A stretch of 32,000 nucleotides of DNA, taken from positions 870,001-902,000 of the forward strand of contig NC_009925.1 in NCBI RefSeq assembly GCF_000018105.1, read 5' to 3'. Below are positions 27,797 through 32,000 of this stretch, in pieces. Within the stretch, counting starts at the first letter, position 1, and the number at the start of each line of letters is the position of its first letter. A program made the translations under genes and the position numbers. Below the pieces are notes generated by a model. The model saw nothing but the letters and a program-made list of their open reading frames with translations. It was not told where the DNA came from and searched no databases. The DNA comes from Acaryochloris marina MBIC11017 (GTDB lineage Bacteria > Cyanobacteriota > Cyanobacteriia > Thermosynechococcales > Thermosynechococcaceae).

Positions 27797-27814
27797 ATTG
27801 TCAGGGTTATTTCC

Positions 27815-28279
27815 ATGACACATCCATTGATCCCCAAAGTGATCGACCTGGCTGCCCCTGTCGCAGCACAATTTAATCTGGAAGTGGTCGGTGCTGTGTT
27901 TCAGACTAACCAAAGTCCACCGGTTTTACGGGTTGACATTCGCAATTGTGATGCAGACACGGGTTTGGAAGATTGCGAGAAAATGAGTCGTGCCTTGGAA
28001 GCGGTCTTGGACGAAGATGATGTTTTCCCAGAGGCCTATGTGCTGGAGATCTCTAGTCCTGGGTTGTCAACGCTACTGACTTGCGATCGCGACTTCGTTT
28101 CCTTCAGAGGCTTCCCCGTGCTGGTCCAAACCCATCAGCCTTATCGGGGCCATCATCAGTGGATTGGTAACCTCACCGGCCGTGATGAGAAATTCGTCCA
28201 GCTTAATCAAAAAGGTCGCCCCATCAAGATTCCCCGAGAAGAAATTCTTCAGGTGCAGCTCCACGACTCTCCTGAATAA
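27815..28279 (+). CDS. rimP: Ribosome maturation factor RimP
   Basis: 154 aa with the LEISSPGLSTLL motif (SPG loop) and a position directly upstream of nusA. Confidence 0.9.
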   Translation: MTHPLIPKVIDLAAPVAAQFNLEVVGAVFQTNQSPPVLRVDIRNCDADTGLEDCEKMSRALEAVLDEDDVFPEAYVLEISSPGLSTLLTCDRDFVSFRGFPVLVQTHQPYRGHHQWIGNLTGRDEKFVQLNQKGRPIKIPREEILQVQLHDSPE

Positions 28280-28343
28280 CTCCCAAGACATCTACCTGTC
28301 TCGAATCTCTCCCTCACACCCTAGTTCAGCAAGGAGTAAGCCT

Positions 28344-29702
28344 ATGTCCATGGTCCAGTTACCGGGTTTAGCGGAAATGATTAATGTCATCAGCCGTGAA
28401 CGTAATCTGCCTAAACCTGCGGTGCAAGCTGCCCTCCAAGAAGCTCTGCTGAAAGGCTATGAACGCTATCGACGCACCCTCCTTTTAGATAGTGGGGCTC
28501 AATTTGACGAAGAGTATTTTTATAATTTCGATGTCGAACTGGACGTAGAAGAAGAAGGCTTTCTGGTTCTAGCCACCAAAATGATCGTGGACGAGGTGGA
28601 AAGTACGGACCACCAAATTGCGTTAACCGAAGTGCGGGAAGTTGCCCCCGAAGCTCAACTGGGTGATACGGTTGTCTTGGATGTGACGCCAGAACAGAAT
28701 GAATTTGGGCGAATGGCAGCCATCCAAACCAAGCAGGTCCTCTCCCAAAAACTAAGGGATCAACAGCGCAAGCTGATTCAAGAAGAGTTTCAGGACCTCG
28801 AAAAAACCGTATTACAAGCCCGTGTTCTGAGGTTTGAGCGGCGTTCCGTGATCATGGCTGTCACCAGTGCCTTTGGCCAGCCAGAAGTCGAAGCAGAATT
28901 GCCCAAGCGCGAACAACTTCCCAATGACAACTATCGGGCCAATGCCACCTTTAAAGTATTTCTCAAGCGAGTGGCAGATGGTCCCCATCGGGGTCCTCAA
29001 CTGGTGGTCTCTAGAGCCGATGCGGGCTTAGTCGTGTATTTATTTGCAAACGAAGTCCCCGAAATAGAAGATGAGGTCGTTCGGATTGTCGCCGTCGCCC
29101 GTGAAGCTAATCCCCCCTCCCGCCAGGTCGGTCCCCGCACCAAAATTGCAGTGGATACCCTTGAACGAGATGTCGATCCCGTCGGGGCTTGTATCGGTGC
29201 CCGAGGATCCAGAATTCAGGCTGTAGTCAATGAACTCAGAGGTGAAAAGATTGACGTCATTCGTTGGTCACCCGATCCAGCCACCTATATTGCCAATGCC
29301 CTCAGCCCTGCTAGAGTTGATGCAGTTCGTCTAATTGATACGGAAGAACGCCAAGCCCATGTCCTCGTTGCCGAAGATCAGCTCAGCTTAGCCATTGGTA
29401 AAGAAGGCCAAAATGTCCGATTAGCGGCCCGTCTAACCGGGTGGAAAATCGATATCAAAGATATTGCCAACTATGATCAAGAAGCTGAAGATCTGCAATT
29501 GAGCGAACTTCAAGCACAGAAAGTCGATGAGGATGAAACAGCCGAAATAGAACAACCTGAGCTTGAGACACCTGAAGCATCAGACGCTAGCCCTGAATCA
29601 AGTGGCGAAGCTTTAACTGAAGAATTTACAGCCCATGCAGATGAGGAAGAAGTCCCAGAAGTAGAGGAGGCAGCCGACACTTCTGAAGATGTGGAAGAGT
29701 GA
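28344..29702 (+). CDS. nusA: Transcription termination/antitermination factor NusA with an acidic C-terminal tail
   Basis: AAGGAG lies 8 nt upstream of ATG 28344. The N-terminus LAEMINVISRERNLPK is followed by an S1-like region and KH motifs (GACIGARGSRIQAV, LAIGKEGQNVRLAARLTGWKIDI). The track ORF from 28164 is an in-frame upstream extension overlapping rimP. Confidence 0.95.
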   Translation: MSMVQLPGLAEMINVISRERNLPKPAVQAALQEALLKGYERYRRTLLLDSGAQFDEEYFYNFDVELDVEEEGFLVLATKMIVDEVESTDHQIALTEVREVAPEAQLGDTVVLDVTPEQNEFGRMAAIQTKQVLSQKLRDQQRKLIQEEFQDLEKTVLQARVLRFERRSVIMAVTSAFGQPEVEAELPKREQLPNDNYRANATFKVFLKRVADGPHRGPQLVVSRADAGLVVYLFANEVPEIEDEVVRIVAVAREANPPSRQVGPRTKIAVDTLERDVDPVGACIGARGSRIQAVVNELRGEKIDVIRWSPDPATYIANALSPARVDAVRLIDTEERQAHVLVAEDQLSLAIGKEGQNVRLAARLTGWKIDIKDIANYDQEAEDLQLSELQAQKVDEDETAEIEQPELETPEASDASPESSGEALTEEFTAHADEEEVPEVEEAADTSEDVEE

Positions 29703-30139
29703 TACGTTAGATCAACTTTTTGCCCAGACTGGCAAACTGAAGTCACAAATCCTGCCAACAGCTTGCCCTCTTCGATGCGCAGAATTTCTGAAAGATGCCA
29801 TGACAAATCATCATTTGCCAGCGCCATGGCATCTTTCAACCAATGCCAGCAAAAAATAGTTGATAATAGCAATATCGCTTGATCATCCTTCCCATAAAGT
29901 GGATGCTAGATGAAGAGAGAGTTCCATCAAACGAGCCGTGAAAGTTTTACTTCTCACTCGCAAGTTTGTCAAACAGCATGGATAATGCTAGAGAAGGTTT
30001 TTTGTCCTCACTATTAGCTGAGCAATTAGCGATGTAAAGGGAACTCAAAAAACCAAAAAGTAACACCAAACATATCCTTATCCCAAAAACGTAAAGGGTA
30101 GAACTATGTAAGATCACAGGAGACCAAAGGGGCCAGTGG

Positions 30140-32000
30140 ATGAGTAATAATCACAAAGTTAGAATTTACGAGCTATCAAGAGAGTTAAATTTGGAGAACA
30201 AAGACATTTTGGCAGTATGCGATCAGCTCAATATTGCTGTTAAAAATCACAGCAGTACGATTACTGAGGAAGAAGCCGCAAAAATTCGATCCGCTGCCAA
30301 AAATCATCCATCTAGCCAAAAGCCAAATCAGCCCAACCGCAAGCCCACTGCTAAAGACGGCAATGCGCGCAAGCCCCGCCCTATTTCCAAGCCGGTCAAG
30401 CAAGATCGCCCCAAGAAACAACAAATTCTTGAGCTGCGCAAACAACCCTCTAAACCCCCTGAAACACTAGCGTCCCCTCCATCCGTTAGTACAGCAGATG
30501 CACCGGAGCCCTTACAGGCCCCCAAGCCTGTTCGTCCAGAACCCACCCGCGCTCCGGAAAGACCAGCTGCGGTTGAAAAGCCTGCCATCAAGCCACCCCC
30601 TGTTGCCCCCGCGCCCAAACCCGCGAGCCCGACCTTGTCTCCTCCTGCACCTAAAGCAGAGAAGGTGCTAACCAAGCCTGCCACTCAGGTTCCCGAGATG
30701 GTGAAGCCTCAGCTTCTGAGCAAGCCCACTTTAAATACACCTCCCAAACCCACTCGTCCAGAAGAGCCCAAAGTTAGTCCTAAACCCAGCGCTGCTGCGC
30801 CAGTTGTGGAACCACCGGCCAAACCAGTGGTCACCGAACCGCCTCGTCCACGGCTCATTCGTCCCATTTCCATTACCAAAGCTAAACAGCAAGCAGAGAA
30901 AGAGCTGGAAGCATCCACTGCCAAATCTGATGGTGGGGACGCAGCCAAAGATAACAATGACACGACTGAATTGCTCGTTCTCAAGCCGCCCACATCACGT
31001 CAGAAAAAAGATAAACGGTCCAATAAATCAGATGACCAATTAGAAGATCGGCCTACCAAGGCTTCGAAAGCGAGTCTGAAGCAGAAGCGCCGTACCCAAA
31101 AAGAGATGGAGGAGGACGAGGACGATCTCTTTGGTGCAGATGGTGCGAATAGCCAAGCGGCTGTTGATGTGAGTCAATCTTTGGTTCGTCCACCTAAGCC
31201 CAAATCAATGAAGCAGTCTAAACCCACGACTGTTCCTATCAACCGTAGCCCCGGTCCTTCTAAAGGTGGCAATCGACGACAACGGAATCGCTATCGTCAA
31301 CAGCAGGAAGTCGAGGTCGAACGGCCAACGCTCCTGACCTTAACCTCCGAGTTAACGGTTCAAGCCTTGGCTGCGGAACTCGTTGTTCCCGAAACTGAGG
31401 TGATCAAGATTCTCTTTATGAAGGGAATTGCTGCCAATATCAATCAGGTTTTAGATATTGAGACCGCCACAATGGTGGCGGAAGAACTAGATTGTGAAGT
31501 CGAAACCCAGGAAGAAGAATCTGAGGCCCGTAAAGTCTCAGAGATGCTGGATGTTGAAGATCTAGAGAAACTGCAAGCCCGTCCACCTGTGGTCACCATT
31601 ATGGGACACGTGGATCACGGTAAAACCACCCTCTTGGATGCGATTCGCGAAACGAAAGTTGCCCAAGGAGAAGCCGGTGGCATCACCCAACATATTGGGG
31701 CCTACCACGTTGACCTTCCCCATGAGGATGGGATACAACAGGTGGTCTTCCTAGATACACCGGGTCATGAAGCCTTCACCGCCATGCGGGCTCGGGGAAC
31801 CCGAGTGACGGATATTGCCATTCTGGTGGTTGCTGCCGATGATGGCGTCCGTCCCCAAACCCTGGAAGCCATTAGCCATGCTCGGGCAGCAGAAGTTCCG
31901 ATTATTGTTGCGATCAATAAGATCGACAAAGAAGGGGCTCAGCTGGACCGAGTTCGCCAAGAACTCAGTGAGCATAATCTAGTTCCTGAAGATTGGGGTG
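30140..32000 (+). CDS. infB: Translation initiation factor IF-2, 5' portion (continues beyond the window)
   Basis: ATG 30140 gives [41 protein letters not shown], a typical IF2 N-domain. A Pro/Lys-rich linker follows. The GTPase G1 motif is [12 protein letters not shown] and G3 is DTPGHEAF; NKIDK is also present. The frame stays open to position 32000. It is absent from the ORF track because no stop codon lies in the window. Confidence 0.95.
   Translation, partial: MSNNHKVRIYELSRELNLENKDILAVCDQLNIAVKNHSSTITEEEAAKIRSAAKNHPSSQKPNQPNRKPTAKDGNARKPRPISKPVKQDRPKKQQILELRKQPSKPPETLASPPSVSTADAPEPLQAPKPVRPEPTRAPERPAAVEKPAIKPPPVAPAPKPASPTLSPPAPKAEKVLTKPATQVPEMVKPQLLSKPTLNTPPKPTRPEEPKVSPKPSAAAPVVEPPAKPVVTEPPRPRLIRPISITKAKQQAEKELEASTAKSDGGDAAKDNNDTTELLVLKPPTSRQKKDKRSNKSDDQLEDRPTKASKASLKQKRRTQKEMEEDEDDLFGADGANSQAAVDVSQSLVRPPKPKSMKQSKPTTVPINRSPGPSKGGNRRQRNRYRQQQEVEVERPTLLTLTSELTVQALAAELVVPETEVIKILFMKGIAANINQVLDIETATMVAEELDCEVETQEEESEARKVSEMLDVEDLEKLQARPPVVTIMGHVDHGKTTLLDAIRETKVAQGEAGGITQHIGAYHVDLPHEDGIQQVVFLDTPGHEAFTAMRARGTRVTDIAILVVAADDGVRPQTLEAISHARAAEVPIIVAINKIDKEGAQLDRVRQELSEHNLVPEDWG

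Noticed and set aside
28164-28343. 180-nt upstream extension of nusA overlapping the 3' end of rimP
   Set aside because: ATG 28344 has a good AAGGAG Shine-Dalgarno sequence and yields the canonical NusA N-terminus. The extension is an out-of-frame read through rimP.
29510-29872. 120-aa minus-strand ORF spanning the nusA 3' end and the nusA-infB spacer
   Set aside because: Its Ser-rich low-complexity sequence is the antisense shadow of the acidic nusA tail (GAA/GAT codons). No start context or family features are present.

Overview
This window reads as ordinary cyanobacterial chromosome. The evidence is at least 9 copies of the HIP1 palindrome GCGATCGC, a PatA-type response regulator, a ComFB gene and typical cyanobacterial housekeeping genes. 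I see no rRNA, tRNA, CRISPR array, transposase or recognisable defence island. Gene order from left to right: a 3' fragment of a Uma2-family endonuclease; rsgA; a homocysteine S-methyltransferase family gene; a small membrane protein; leuD (-); a ComFB-family gene. Next comes a complete six-gene chemosensory cluster of the cyanobacterial Tax/Pil/Hmp type: PatA-type RR, CheY, CheW, Cache-HAMP MCP, hybrid CheA-REC and a second CheW. After it: a doubtful small ORF (-); the ammonium transporter amt; and a minus-strand operon of a threonine-synthase-family PLP enzyme, a CysO/MoaD-like sulfur carrier and a DUF2996-like protein. Then: a conserved hypothetical (-); a 1054-aa secreted protein made of an unknown N-terminal domain, a lamin-tail domain and about 540 aa of PEPT-type proline-rich spacer; a carotenoid oxygenase; smpB (-); a thioredoxin-like protein; a membrane protein with a voltage-sensor-like segment; and rimP-nusA-infB (infB runs off the right edge). 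The points most worth follow-up: (1) the ThrC-like/CysO-like pair, which may be thiocarboxylate-dependent sulfur amino acid synthesis rather than plain threonine synthase; (2) the LTD/proline-rich giant with internal near-identical DNA duplications; (3) a conserved acidic DLFAGADLALE.QDLE motif repeated four times in the CheA linker; (4) a structured, terminator-ended leader just upstream of rimP; (5) the apparent absence of ylxR between nusA and infB. I did not find a convincing wholly novel multi-gene system. All functional calls rest on motifs read by eye and on remembered family patterns, not on searches.
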